Source of the DNA: Candidatus Latescibacterota bacterium
Lineage (GTDB): Bacteria > Latescibacterota > UBA2968 > UBA8231
NCBI GenBank assembly: GCA_965248265.1
Contig: CBDFJF010000002.1
Coordinates: forward strand, 3,395,052 to 3,459,051
DNA length: 64,000 bases
Direction of reading: 5' to 3'
Made by a program: the position numbers and the translations under genes. This document shows, in pieces, positions 55,796 to 64,000 of this stretch. The stretch's first letter is position 1; every line of letters begins with the position of its first letter. Under the pieces are notes generated by a model that was not told the DNA's origin, ran no database searches, and saw only the letters and a list, made by a program, of their open reading frames with translations.

Positions 55796-57324
55796 TGCCT
55801 ATCGACGGCGACTCAATCATTCATGGTCCGTGGACGGGTGGTGCCATCTACAACCTGCCCCCAGAAAACCTGGAGGAGGACCAGTGCACGGACACCATCA
55901 ACGTGCGCATCGGGCAGGCAGGTGAGGCCGAGAAGCGACGCGGCTCGCTCAATTACAAGTCGGTGCGCCAGAACATCGCCGCCGACCCCAACGTGATGGC
56001 GTGCGGGCAGTACCGGGAATCAGCGACATCCACCCCAGTGTTCAAGTCGGTAGCCGCCGTGTTTTACGAGTACACGGGTGGCTCCTGGGTTGACCGCACC
56101 GGGGGCCAGACGATTACAGCGGACAAGACGTTTGAGTGGGCGGGGGCTAACGGCACGCTGGCGCTGACCAACGGCACGGACGCTCCGCTGAAGTGGACGG
56201 GCGCGGGCAATAATCTCGCATTGCTCGATGTGGACTCTCAGTTCACGACGGCATTGCACGTCGCCTATTGGGACAACCGGTTGTGGATGGCCAATACCAA
56301 CGCCAACACCGACCGGCTGTGGCACTCCGATTTGGGCGCTATCGAAACCTGGGCGGCGACCAGTTTCTACAACCTGGGCTCTGAAGTTATCGGGCTCATG
56401 CCGGTGTCGGACTCGTTGGCCATTCACACGGTGGACGGGATTCACACGCTGACACCCACGGGCAATAGCACCATCCCGTACCAGCGCCAGCAGCAGACCC
56501 AGCAGGCCAGCGTATCGGGGCGGGCCATCCTCACGGTTCCAGGGAACCGTCAGTTCTTTGTGCAGGACGAGGGGATTTACGAATGGGATGGCGACAAGGA
56601 GGTGACCAAGGCGTCGGTCGCGTTGGATGATGGCTACTGGGACAGTTTAAACGAGGCGCAGCTGGATAGCACGTTCGCGGTGTACTACCGCATTAACAAC
56701 GAGCTGTGGTTCTGGCTGCCCTACGGCACGTCGCAGACCAACATGAACGACATCATGGTCTACAACCTGGAGAAAGAGCGATGGCATGGGCCGTTTCGGG
56801 GCAACGCGTCAACGACCTACTACGAGCGAGCCTGCGCCGCCTTGATCGACAGCAAACCACACGCTGGAGACTTCCTTGGCGAGGTGGTCGATCACGACCC
56901 GGTGGACACCTACACCGATGTGAACGACGCCACCACCAACGCCATTCACGCGCAATTCACGACCAGCGCCAAGGCACCTGAAGGCGAGGCGAAGCGGCTC
57001 AAGTGGTTGTTCTCTCGTAGCTACTTCGACTCGGTGGGTGACTTCGATGTGACTCTGACGCAGCTGTCGTCGGGGCTGTCGGGTACCAGCGAAACGGTGG
57101 ACATGGGGGCGTCGGGTTTCACGCTGGACAACGACAAACTGGACCTCACGTCACTGGGCTCCATTCGCGTGCAAGCCAAGGACGCGGAGCTAAGTGGCTA
57201 CGACCCTCACTCATCGGTCACGGTCACGCAGAACGTGTCTGCTGAGTTCTTCCGCTACCGGAAGATAGTCCAGGTGTACAAGGAAATCGGAATCAAACGT
57301 AAACGAGCAGCAGGAGTCAGTTGA
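55795..57324 (+). CDS. virion protein (tail accessory/beta-rich)
   Basis: 509-aa ORF in the tail-side module. Confidence 0.45.
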   Translation: MPIDGDSIIHGPWTGGAIYNLPPENLEEDQCTDTINVRIGQAGEAEKRRGSLNYKSVRQNIAADPNVMACGQYRESATSTPVFKSVAAVFYEYTGGSWVDRTGGQTITADKTFEWAGANGTLALTNGTDAPLKWTGAGNNLALLDVDSQFTTALHVAYWDNRLWMANTNANTDRLWHSDLGAIETWAATSFYNLGSEVIGLMPVSDSLAIHTVDGIHTLTPTGNSTIPYQRQQQTQQASVSGRAILTVPGNRQFFVQDEGIYEWDGDKEVTKASVALDDGYWDSLNEAQLDSTFAVYYRINNELWFWLPYGTSQTNMNDIMVYNLEKERWHGPFRGNASTTYYERACAALIDSKPHAGDFLGEVVDHDPVDTYTDVNDATTNAIHAQFTTSAKAPEGEAKRLKWLFSRSYFDSVGDFDVTLTQLSSGLSGTSETVDMGASGFTLDNDKLDLTSLGSIRVQAKDAELSGYDPHSSVTVTQNVSAEFFRYRKIVQVYKEIGIKRKRAAGVS

Positions 57325-57327
57325 GCT

Positions 57328-59910
57328 ATGAGTGAATACTACTTTCCAACAGATAGAGAGCGCCCCCGTCCTCCCCCGCGACTGAGGGAGGACCAGAAAA
57401 TAGATATGCCGGTGTGGGAGTTTTTGAAGCCAAGTCAATTCCAAAGCTTCGAGGACTTGCTGAAAAGAGCAGAGTCGTTCAGGCCCAGCGCTGGTTTGAC
57501 GAGTGCGCTACAGGGTGCCCCAGCGGCAGGCAAGGCACTGCAGGGGTTCAGCAACTTCCGCTCGCCCTCTGGTTTTAACCAGTTCGTTGGACAGGTGGGT
57601 ACTGCTGAAACTCAGATAGGCGGGTTTCCGCAAGGGCTCCAGACTGCCCTTGGAGACGCCAAGAGTTTGACGGGCGAGCTGAGAACAGCGAACGACCTGT
57701 TGGGTGGTGGTTCGTTCGGCGGCGAGCCCTTCGGTGGCATCATCGCTGAAGCGCAGGATCAGGTTAAGGGGGTGCAAGACGAGGTAAATAAGCTGAGAGT
57801 TGATCCCAATCAGCTGCTGGGACCGAACCTCGAAGCCGACCTACTGGCAGCCCTGCAGGGTCGCAACATGCCGACCATCGACCCCAACCGTTTTATTGAC
57901 GAGCCGGGGTTGGATACGGCTATTCGGCAGCTGCGTCCTGAAACCATTGACCCAAATCTGTTGCTCGATGAGACGGGACTTAACACTGCCGTGCGTGATC
58001 TTCGACCCGAAACGATTGACCCGAGCCGGTTGCTTGATGAGGGCGGGATCAATACCGCGATTGGCAACCTCCTTCCTCAACAGATTGATCCCAGCCTGCT
58101 GCTTAATGAGGGTGGAATTGACGACGCTATCGCGGGCCTTCGTCCTCAGACAATAAAATCAGACCTACTGCTGAACGAAGGTGGCATCAACGACGCTATC
58201 GCAGGGCTGCGCCCAACACAGCAAATCGACCCTGGCCTGCTACTTAATGAGGGCGACATCAACGCTGCCATTGGAAACCTGCTGCCTCAACAGATTAACC
58301 CCGACCTACTGCTTAATGAGGGTGGAATTGACGACGCTATTGGAAACCTGCGTCCTCGACGAATTGACGCTGGCCGCTTAATGCCGGGTGGTTTTGATCT
58401 GGCCAACGCGGTACGTGATCTCGACGTGCCTCAGGTAGAAGCCGGTCGCCTGCTCCCAGGCACAGGTGCGCTGGAGGATGAGCTGGCACGGACACCGATT
58501 GACCGGCTGTCGCCAAGCAGGATATTGCCTGAGTTGCCTGGGTTGAACGAAGCCATCCAGGCACTGGAAGTTGATCGCATAGGAGCTGGACGGCTACTTC
58601 CAGGTGAGGGTGAGCTGAGCGCAGAGCTGAGACGCACGCCCATCGAAAGGCTGGCGGCCAGTCGGGTGCTGCCTGAAAGGCTGAATGAGGCGTTGCGCAC
58701 GGCTGTCTCACGGCTGAGTACGGACGAGGTGCTGCCCAGGGGTGATCTGAACGATGCACTCCAGGACCGCGTAGGGCGTCTCACGGAGGATCAAATCTTC
58801 CCCACTGGTGACTTGAATGCAGCTCTCGGCGGGCGTGTAGATAGGCTCACGGCGGGTGACGTGCTACCTACGGGCGATTTAAACGCTGCACTGCGTGACC
58901 GGGTGGACCGACTCGGGGCAGGCGATGTGCTGCCCGAGGGGGATTTGGGTGGGGCTCTGCGTGATCGGGTAGGACGCCTTACCGAGGATGACATCTTTCC
59001 TGGCGGTGATTTAAACGCCTCGCTGCGCGACCGGGTGGGTGGTCTGACGGAGAGCGACATATTCCCAGATGACTTGCAGTCCATTCTGGAGGGCCGGGTC
59101 AACCCGCTGCAGGCAGATGACCTCATCCCACGGACTGGGGCGCTGGCCGATGTGTTGCGTGACCGCCGTCCTGGCCTGCTCGACCTACTGGAGTTCCCTG
59201 AGTTTACCAACCTACTGGACGAGCGCTTGCCCGAGGGCAGTATCCCAGGTATTGAGGCGCAGCTGGCTGGGCTCGCAGAGCAGGGTGGAACGGGAGGTGG
59301 GGGAACTGGGACTGGAGGGACAGGCACGGGCACTACTGTGCCAGCCCCTGCGACGGGACTCGACGCCTTTCTTGAACAGTTGCAGGGAGTCGTTGGGAAC
59401 CTGACCACTGGACCGGAGACATCCGACGAGCTGCGCCAAGACCCGCTCACGGCGTCCCTGTTGGCTGATTTTGAGGATCAGAGCGGGCGTGATCGTTCAC
59501 AGGCGATGGAGGACTTGCAGCGTCTGGGCGTGCTGGGCGACGGCGATACCGCTGACGTGCTGGGTGAGCTGACAAGCGGCCAGCGTCGAGGTGAGTTCGA
59601 CATCCTGGGCGATGCGGCTGAGCGCTTCCGCACCGACCGTAGCCAGGGCTTGGGTGCTGGCGTGGACTTGTTCGGCGCAGCTGGCCAGCGCGAGCTGGGC
59701 CTGGGTCAGCTGGGCCTGCAGGGACAGGAGATGGATATGGCCATCCTGTCGCAGGTGGCATCACTGCTCGACCCGAACCTCCACCTGGATGCCAAGGGAG
59801 GGAAGAACCTGGAACTGGCAAGTATCCTGCTTTCACTCTCAGGGCTGCCGCCTGACAAGCAAGCGCAGCTGCGCAAAGCATTGGGATTACCCCCCCAGTC
59901 AGGGAGCTAA
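57328..59910 (+). CDS. 860-aa virion protein built of three families of 22-24-aa tandem repeats (about 25 copies)
   Basis: Repeats like IDPxLLLNEGGIxxAIxxLRP, RLLPGxGxLxxELxRTPIxRL and DxLPxGDLNxALRDRVxRLTxx. Gly/Thr-rich linker GGTGGGGTGTGGTGTGTT. Confidence 0.6.
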   Translation: MSEYYFPTDRERPRPPPRLREDQKIDMPVWEFLKPSQFQSFEDLLKRAESFRPSAGLTSALQGAPAAGKALQGFSNFRSPSGFNQFVGQVGTAETQIGGFPQGLQTALGDAKSLTGELRTANDLLGGGSFGGEPFGGIIAEAQDQVKGVQDEVNKLRVDPNQLLGPNLEADLLAALQGRNMPTIDPNRFIDEPGLDTAIRQLRPETIDPNLLLDETGLNTAVRDLRPETIDPSRLLDEGGINTAIGNLLPQQIDPSLLLNEGGIDDAIAGLRPQTIKSDLLLNEGGINDAIAGLRPTQQIDPGLLLNEGDINAAIGNLLPQQINPDLLLNEGGIDDAIGNLRPRRIDAGRLMPGGFDLANAVRDLDVPQVEAGRLLPGTGALEDELARTPIDRLSPSRILPELPGLNEAIQALEVDRIGAGRLLPGEGELSAELRRTPIERLAASRVLPERLNEALRTAVSRLSTDEVLPRGDLNDALQDRVGRLTEDQIFPTGDLNAALGGRVDRLTAGDVLPTGDLNAALRDRVDRLGAGDVLPEGDLGGALRDRVGRLTEDDIFPGGDLNASLRDRVGGLTESDIFPDDLQSILEGRVNPLQADDLIPRTGALADVLRDRRPGLLDLLEFPEFTNLLDERLPEGSIPGIEAQLAGLAEQGGTGGGGTGTGGTGTGTTVPAPATGLDAFLEQLQGVVGNLTTGPETSDELRQDPLTASLLADFEDQSGRDRSQAMEDLQRLGVLGDGDTADVLGELTSGQRRGEFDILGDAAERFRTDRSQGLGAGVDLFGAAGQRELGLGQLGLQGQEMDMAILSQVASLLDPNLHLDAKGGKNLELASILLSLSGLPPDKQAQLRKALGLPPQSGS
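57880..59060 (+). repeat. coding tandem repeats (unit about 66-72 bp)
   Basis: Recurrent DNA units, e.g. CTGCT(A/G)CTTAATGAGGG(T/C)GG(A/C)AT(T/C)(G/A)ACGA(C/T)GCTAT. Confidence 0.6.
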
Positions 59911-59913
59911 GTC

Positions 59914-60255
59914 ATGCCTGAACCTGTCACGACAATGATTGCCACGCAGATGGCGCTCAAGGCATTGGGTTCCATCCTGGGTGGCCGTGATGCCAAGAAG
60001 GCCCGCAAGCGGGCAGCTGAAGCCCAGGCGCACGCCAACCTCGTGCCCAATGGCGGACAGCGGATAGTACCGGAGCTACCGCAGCCAAACTTTGCCCAGG
60101 TGCTGGGCAGCGGACTGGACCCGCTGATGGCTCTGCTGTTGCAGCGCAGCGGGGGGAACGCCCTGCCTGCGGATAAAGCGAAGGCCCCCGTTACGGCACC
60201 CAGCACAGCAGGAAGCAACCCCTTGCAGGACTTGATGAGGATACTGCGACGATGA
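59914..60255 (+). CDS. hypothetical virion protein
   Basis: 113-aa ORF. Confidence 0.4.
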   Translation: MPEPVTTMIATQMALKALGSILGGRDAKKARKRAAEAQAHANLVPNGGQRIVPELPQPNFAQVLGSGLDPLMALLLQRSGGNALPADKAKAPVTAPSTAGSNPLQDLMRILRR

Positions 60256-61643
60256 CACTGGCAGCGACACAGGTAGACCCGGCAGTCCGGGCACAGCTGG
60301 AGCAGCAAGCTGGCCGTCCGCTGTCGGACGAGGAGATACAGCAGCTACTCAACGAGCTGACCACGCCACAGATCAGTGCGTCCACCTCGTCGGCAGCCAC
60401 GGCCACGGCACCCGCAGCGCAGGAGGAGAGTGGCGGCCTGATGTCCAAGGTGGGTGGGCTGTTTAAACGGGATGACGGCCTGGGGTTCCGGTTGCTGCAG
60501 TCGCTGGGCAATGTCGGCTCTGGTATCTCGCGGAGCCGTGCCATCAGCAACGCCAACAAAGCCAACGCTGAGTCGGGCGCTCATGCCAACCTCGTCAACG
60601 CCCTGGCTCGACGCCGGGTGGCTTCGGGTACGCGCACCCAACCGACGCTGGGCCTGATGGGGCAGCTCTCAGGGGCCGTGGGCGAAGTGGGACAGGCTGG
60701 GCTGGATATTCAACAGCTGGGCAGAAAGGAGGAGCAGCGGGGGATTGACAACGCGCAGGCCGAGCGTAGAACGCGGGCCACCGAGTTGAGCGCACAAAGC
60801 AGCCTCCTGCGTTCACTCGGGAAGTCCCCGACTGTAAAGACGCTGACGAAAGAGCAGCGCGATTCTATCGTGCGCCTCATCAAAGGGGGCACGGACCTGG
60901 ACTTGAGCGTGTTTACCAAAGCAGACCAGCTGGCCATTCGTGGTCTCGTTGACCACCCGGAGCCGCAGGAGTTTGAGTTTACGGAGGGGAACGAGAAGGA
61001 GCTACACAGCATCGGCTACCGCAATTCCAAGGCGGACGCCAAGGAGTTGATGCCTGACTGGGTGCCCGAAGCCCACAGGCAATCGGCTATTGGGATGATC
61101 GTGGCGGGGCAGGATGATTTCGAGGTAGAGGACGAGGACGAGTTGGACCCGGACCCCGCCGCCGCGCAGTCGGCGTTCCTCCTGGATGAGCTTGAAAAGA
61201 CATGGGACGAAGCGTCGTTCACCGGGCTCGGTAAGAGCGCAGCTGATGCTGTGGGGCTGGACTTCGATGAGGGCGGCTTTACCCGACGACTCGCCCCTGC
61301 TTCGGCAGACCTGAATGACCAGCTGGAGACAATGGGGCTGGCGCTGGCCAAGGAGCTACAGGGTGCACGTGCCTCCGACCTCGACCTCAAGACAGCGAAA
61401 AAGGCACTGCCGAGACAGACCGACAGCGACGAGCTGGCGAAGCGCAAGTTTAAACGGCTGCGCGAGGCAGCGAGGGTCAAGCGGGAGGAGATGGAACAGG
61501 GTATCGACCAGCCTTTAATCATCGGCACTCGGGCGGGCGTTGCTGTTCTGCGCACGGACAAAGACTTGACGGTGGACGATACACGCGAATCCGAAACAGA
61601 GGATACGGGCAGTACTAACTTCGATGCGGTTAAGGTTGAGTGA
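60252..61643 (+). CDS. virion/ejection-like protein
   Basis: 463-aa ORF, ATGA-coupled. Confidence 0.45.
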   Translation: MTLAATQVDPAVRAQLEQQAGRPLSDEEIQQLLNELTTPQISASTSSAATATAPAAQEESGGLMSKVGGLFKRDDGLGFRLLQSLGNVGSGISRSRAISNANKANAESGAHANLVNALARRRVASGTRTQPTLGLMGQLSGAVGEVGQAGLDIQQLGRKEEQRGIDNAQAERRTRATELSAQSSLLRSLGKSPTVKTLTKEQRDSIVRLIKGGTDLDLSVFTKADQLAIRGLVDHPEPQEFEFTEGNEKELHSIGYRNSKADAKELMPDWVPEAHRQSAIGMIVAGQDDFEVEDEDELDPDPAAAQSAFLLDELEKTWDEASFTGLGKSAADAVGLDFDEGGFTRRLAPASADLNDQLETMGLALAKELQGARASDLDLKTAKKALPRQTDSDELAKRKFKRLREAARVKREEMEQGIDQPLIIGTRAGVAVLRTDKDLTVDDTRESETEDTGSTNFDAVKVE

Positions 61644-63712
61644 TGGCTAAGATATACCGCTCACTGGAAGAACTTGGACGCGCCGTGATCGCTGCCCGTC
61701 CTGACCTGGAAGGCAGAAACCCTGAAGAGGTTGGGCGTCAGGTGGAGCCACAGCTAACAGGGGGCGACCGTGTGGTGGATGAGTTCGGTGACATCGACAT
61801 CGGCAATACGGTCGGCAACTTCCCCAGCGATTTTACAGACACCGCAGGGGAAAGCTTCGAGGGGATGAAGGAGGTAGTCGGAAGCCCTATCGAAAAGGGC
61901 GTTAAGCCATTCGCCTCACTCGCTCTTGGTGGCGTGTCGGAGTTGGGCAGGGAGTTTGAAAAGCCGGGGCTGCTTAACACACTCCTGAGCAATCCGAATA
62001 TGCCGGTGGCACCCCTGATAACCATGCTGGGGAAGGGGCTTGATAAAATAGATACCAGTGCCAGTCCGTTCGGTGGCCAACAAACCAGACCCCTGGTGAC
62101 CGACGAGGACCGCACGCTCGCTCGCACGGCAGCGGCGGATTTCAAAGAGTCATTCCACCCCGCCAATCTTGAACAGCGTCCAGCCAACGCTCTGGCCAAC
62201 GCCACGTCGGTGCTGCCGGTCGGGCCAGGGCACATCCAGCGCTTTGGCCTGTTGAATAAACTGGGTCGCACGGGTAGGGCTGCGTCAAAAGTCGCCAGCG
62301 TAGCCTCTCCTGACCTTGCCGTCGAGCAGGCCATCACGCTCTTGCCGCAGCTGGTGAAAGGCGCAGCCAAGCGAACCCCTGCGGCACTGCGCAAGGTCGC
62401 AGGCAACGAGAAGGTGCAGGCCGCACTACGACCGGTCAAGGAGTTCGGCGATAATCTGAAGGTCGGCGGTCGGAGCTTGAAGGGGGAAGCGGTGCAGTCG
62501 GGGCTGGGCATCACGACGGGTCGCTCGCGTGAGTTCATTCACCAGATTTTCGAGCGGGCCAAGAGCCCTCAGTTCCGTGAGTTCTTTCGCACCGCTCGTA
62601 GGATGAGCGAGTCCGACTTGACCCAGAGGTTGCAGGCGCAGGCGTTCAAGGGGATGGAGAAGCTGCAACAAAAAGCGTCTGACATGTACGAAAAGGGCAC
62701 TCTCCAATTTTTTGGCAATAAAGGGCGTAATGCGCTCAGGTTACCCGGTGAGGGGCTACACGACAGCATTATCAACTCGCTGGATAAGGTAGATGTGAAG
62801 ATCAACCCGAGGACGGGTCGGCTGACCTTTGGCAAATCGGCCATCACAGCGCTTGGCCCGGCTCGTGGGGTACTACAGCAGGAGCTACGACCCATCCTGC
62901 GCCTGCTCAAGGTTAAACAGGGCACGCCAGCGCACATGATTCACCGCCGCCGTCAGCTGCTTGATGATGCCATCTCAACGCTGTCGCCCGATTCGCAGAT
63001 CAGCGACACCGCACGCGGGGTGCTCACAGAGATTCGCAAGGGCGTGGCCGACTACCTTGAAAAGGGACTTGGGGACGAATACGTCACTGCGATGAGGGAC
63101 TATCGTACGCTGGCCAATCTGCGTACGGAGCTTAACAACAACCTGCGGCTCGCACCAGGACAGCTGGACAAGCACGGTAACATTGCGGGCAACACACAGG
63201 AGCAAGCGCTGCGTGCAATGGAAGGCGCGATTATGCAGTCAGGCACTGGCTCGAATCGCTTGAAGGCACTGGAACAGCTGGAGCAGGTGAGTGGAGTTAA
63301 GGGGATTGTAGACCTGCAGCTGGCTCGATTGGCGCAAAATATCGCAGGTGGCGGACTCATCGTTCGCAACGAAATTGCGCAAATCGGGCGCTTGGTCTTT
63401 GGCGCAGCGTTCACTGGTGGCACGGGGGGCATCAGCGGTGGCCTACTGGCGTTGCCAGCTGCCACTCTGTTCAGCCCACGATTTGTGTCGGAGTACCTGC
63501 TAATTGCGCAGGGTGGAGTGCGGGAGAGTGTCGCGAGGATGTCAGCCGCGACGAAGGCCAGCCTGCAGCGCAAGGCCAAGCGGGTGTCACGTGCCATGGC
63601 GGCGATGGATAAGGCCACTGGCGGCGAGCTGCGCCAGCGTGCTCTACGGGAGAACTGGAACGTGTCGCAGATGCTGGAACGGTTTGAGATACAGGAGGAG
63701 GACGGGGAGTAG
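61640..63712 (+). CDS. virion/ejection-like protein
   Basis: 690-aa ORF, ATGA-coupled. Confidence 0.5.
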   Translation: MMAKIYRSLEELGRAVIAARPDLEGRNPEEVGRQVEPQLTGGDRVVDEFGDIDIGNTVGNFPSDFTDTAGESFEGMKEVVGSPIEKGVKPFASLALGGVSELGREFEKPGLLNTLLSNPNMPVAPLITMLGKGLDKIDTSASPFGGQQTRPLVTDEDRTLARTAAADFKESFHPANLEQRPANALANATSVLPVGPGHIQRFGLLNKLGRTGRAASKVASVASPDLAVEQAITLLPQLVKGAAKRTPAALRKVAGNEKVQAALRPVKEFGDNLKVGGRSLKGEAVQSGLGITTGRSREFIHQIFERAKSPQFREFFRTARRMSESDLTQRLQAQAFKGMEKLQQKASDMYEKGTLQFFGNKGRNALRLPGEGLHDSIINSLDKVDVKINPRTGRLTFGKSAITALGPARGVLQQELRPILRLLKVKQGTPAHMIHRRRQLLDDAISTLSPDSQISDTARGVLTEIRKGVADYLEKGLGDEYVTAMRDYRTLANLRTELNNNLRLAPGQLDKHGNIAGNTQEQALRAMEGAIMQSGTGSNRLKALEQLEQVSGVKGIVDLQLARLAQNIAGGGLIVRNEIAQIGRLVFGAAFTGGTGGISGGLLALPAATLFSPRFVSEYLLIAQGGVRESVARMSAATKASLQRKAKRVSRAMAAMDKATGGELRQRALRENWNVSQMLERFEIQEEDGE

Positions 63713-63724
63713 GACTACTATGGA

Positions 63725-64000
63725 GTGCCAAATATAAGTAGGACCAAAACGTGGTCGAGTGAGGAAACGCTAACGGCGTCTGATTTAAACGCCGAGTTCG
63801 ATGGCATCCTCGCCGGGACCAACGACAACAGTCTCGATCAGGACAACCTCAGCAAGACCGACGACTACACGATGGCCACGATCATCGTGGGGTCGGGTAT
63901 ATCCTCAGCCGATGGGCAGCTCCATGTCCATCTGGCCAGCGCTGGCACTGTTGCTGCCAATGCTTCCTACAATGATGTCGTCATCGAGAACGACGCCGCC
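63725..64000 (+). CDS. tail fibre/spike protein, N-terminal part (3' end outside window; start uncertain)
   Basis: Open frame ...PNISRTKTWSSEETLTASDLNAEFDGILAGTNDNSLDQDNL... running to the window edge. GTG 63725 is a candidate start. Confidence 0.4.
   Translation, partial: MPNISRTKTWSSEETLTASDLNAEFDGILAGTNDNSLDQDNLSKTDDYTMATIIVGSGISSADGQLHVHLASAGTVAANASYNDVVIENDAA

Larger units (their letters stand above)
25597..64000. mobile_element. prophage (tailed dsDNA phage), left end at truncated tRNA-Gly, right end beyond window
   Basis: Contiguous phage gene set: ERF, Gam-like, SSB, terminase small and large subunits, portal, scaffold, capsid, tail. Composition and motif usage shift at about 25.6 kb. 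No integrase in the window. Confidence 0.85.

Noticed and set aside
57880-59060. Possible CRISPR array suggested by the regular DNA repeats
   Set aside because: The repeats are in-frame coding units of one long ORF with no unique spacers between repeats and no cas genes. Not CRISPR.
63720-63737. MECQI mini-ORF as start of the tail-fibre gene
   Set aside because: It terminates after 5 codons. The long frame begins at GTG 63725 in another frame.
25597-64000. Integrase / attR
   Set aside because: No tyrosine or serine recombinase motif anywhere in the window. The integrase is presumably beyond the right end.

Overview
The window is high-GC bacterial DNA in two parts. Positions 1-25.6 kb are chromosomal backbone. 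From about 25.6 kb to the window edge is a tailed-phage prophage of at least 38 kb, joined to the chromosome at a truncated tRNA-Gly. Its right end and any integrase lie outside the window.

Backbone, in order: the C-terminal end of a PspA/IM30-family gene, then a rightward cluster of Tat-exported FAD amine-oxidase-like oxidoreductase, membrane-anchored spermidine-synthase-like protein, DUF4178-like protein, Gly-rich lipoprotein, multi-repeat DUF350 membrane protein and an MthK-like K+ channel. A leftward block follows: cutA, a UPF0104 membrane protein, hisI, cysC, pyrH, purB, a DASS/SLC13 transporter, mltB, a TRAP transporter (dctPQM plus a TatT-like TPR lipoprotein), an SDR oxidoreductase and a DUF2265-type aminopeptidase. 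Then mreB, mreC, an HU-like gene, tRNA-Arg(CCG), tRNA-Pro(GGG), tRNA-Pro(CGG) and miaA.

Prophage, in order: small early genes with a repeated hairpin-(CTCA)n-SD leader, Cro/CI-like HTH regulators, ERF recombinase, an SPFH/Band-7 protein with a 33-aa TM peptide, a degenerate tRNA-like element, an M15 peptidase, an Xis-like HTH, a Mu-Gam-like protein and a lower-GC gene of unknown function. A leftward operon of small zinc-ribbon proteins, two LuxR-type HTH proteins and a double transposase-type HTH protein follows. Then SSB, a terminator, terminase small and large subunits, portal, scaffold, capsid, three consecutive glycosyltransferases inside the structural module, a connector with Thr/Gly repeats, an 860-aa protein made of about 25 tandem 22-24-aa repeats, ejection-like proteins and the start of a tail fibre.

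Most notable observations: the palindromic 8-mer GTTTAAAC occurs 15 times in the prophage in all reading frames and in no frame-locked pattern, and never in the 25 kb backbone. The structural module carries an internal glycosyltransferase island (51804-54209). The phage encodes an SPFH protein. The chromosomal PspA/polyamine/DUF350 module is conserved but uncharacterised.
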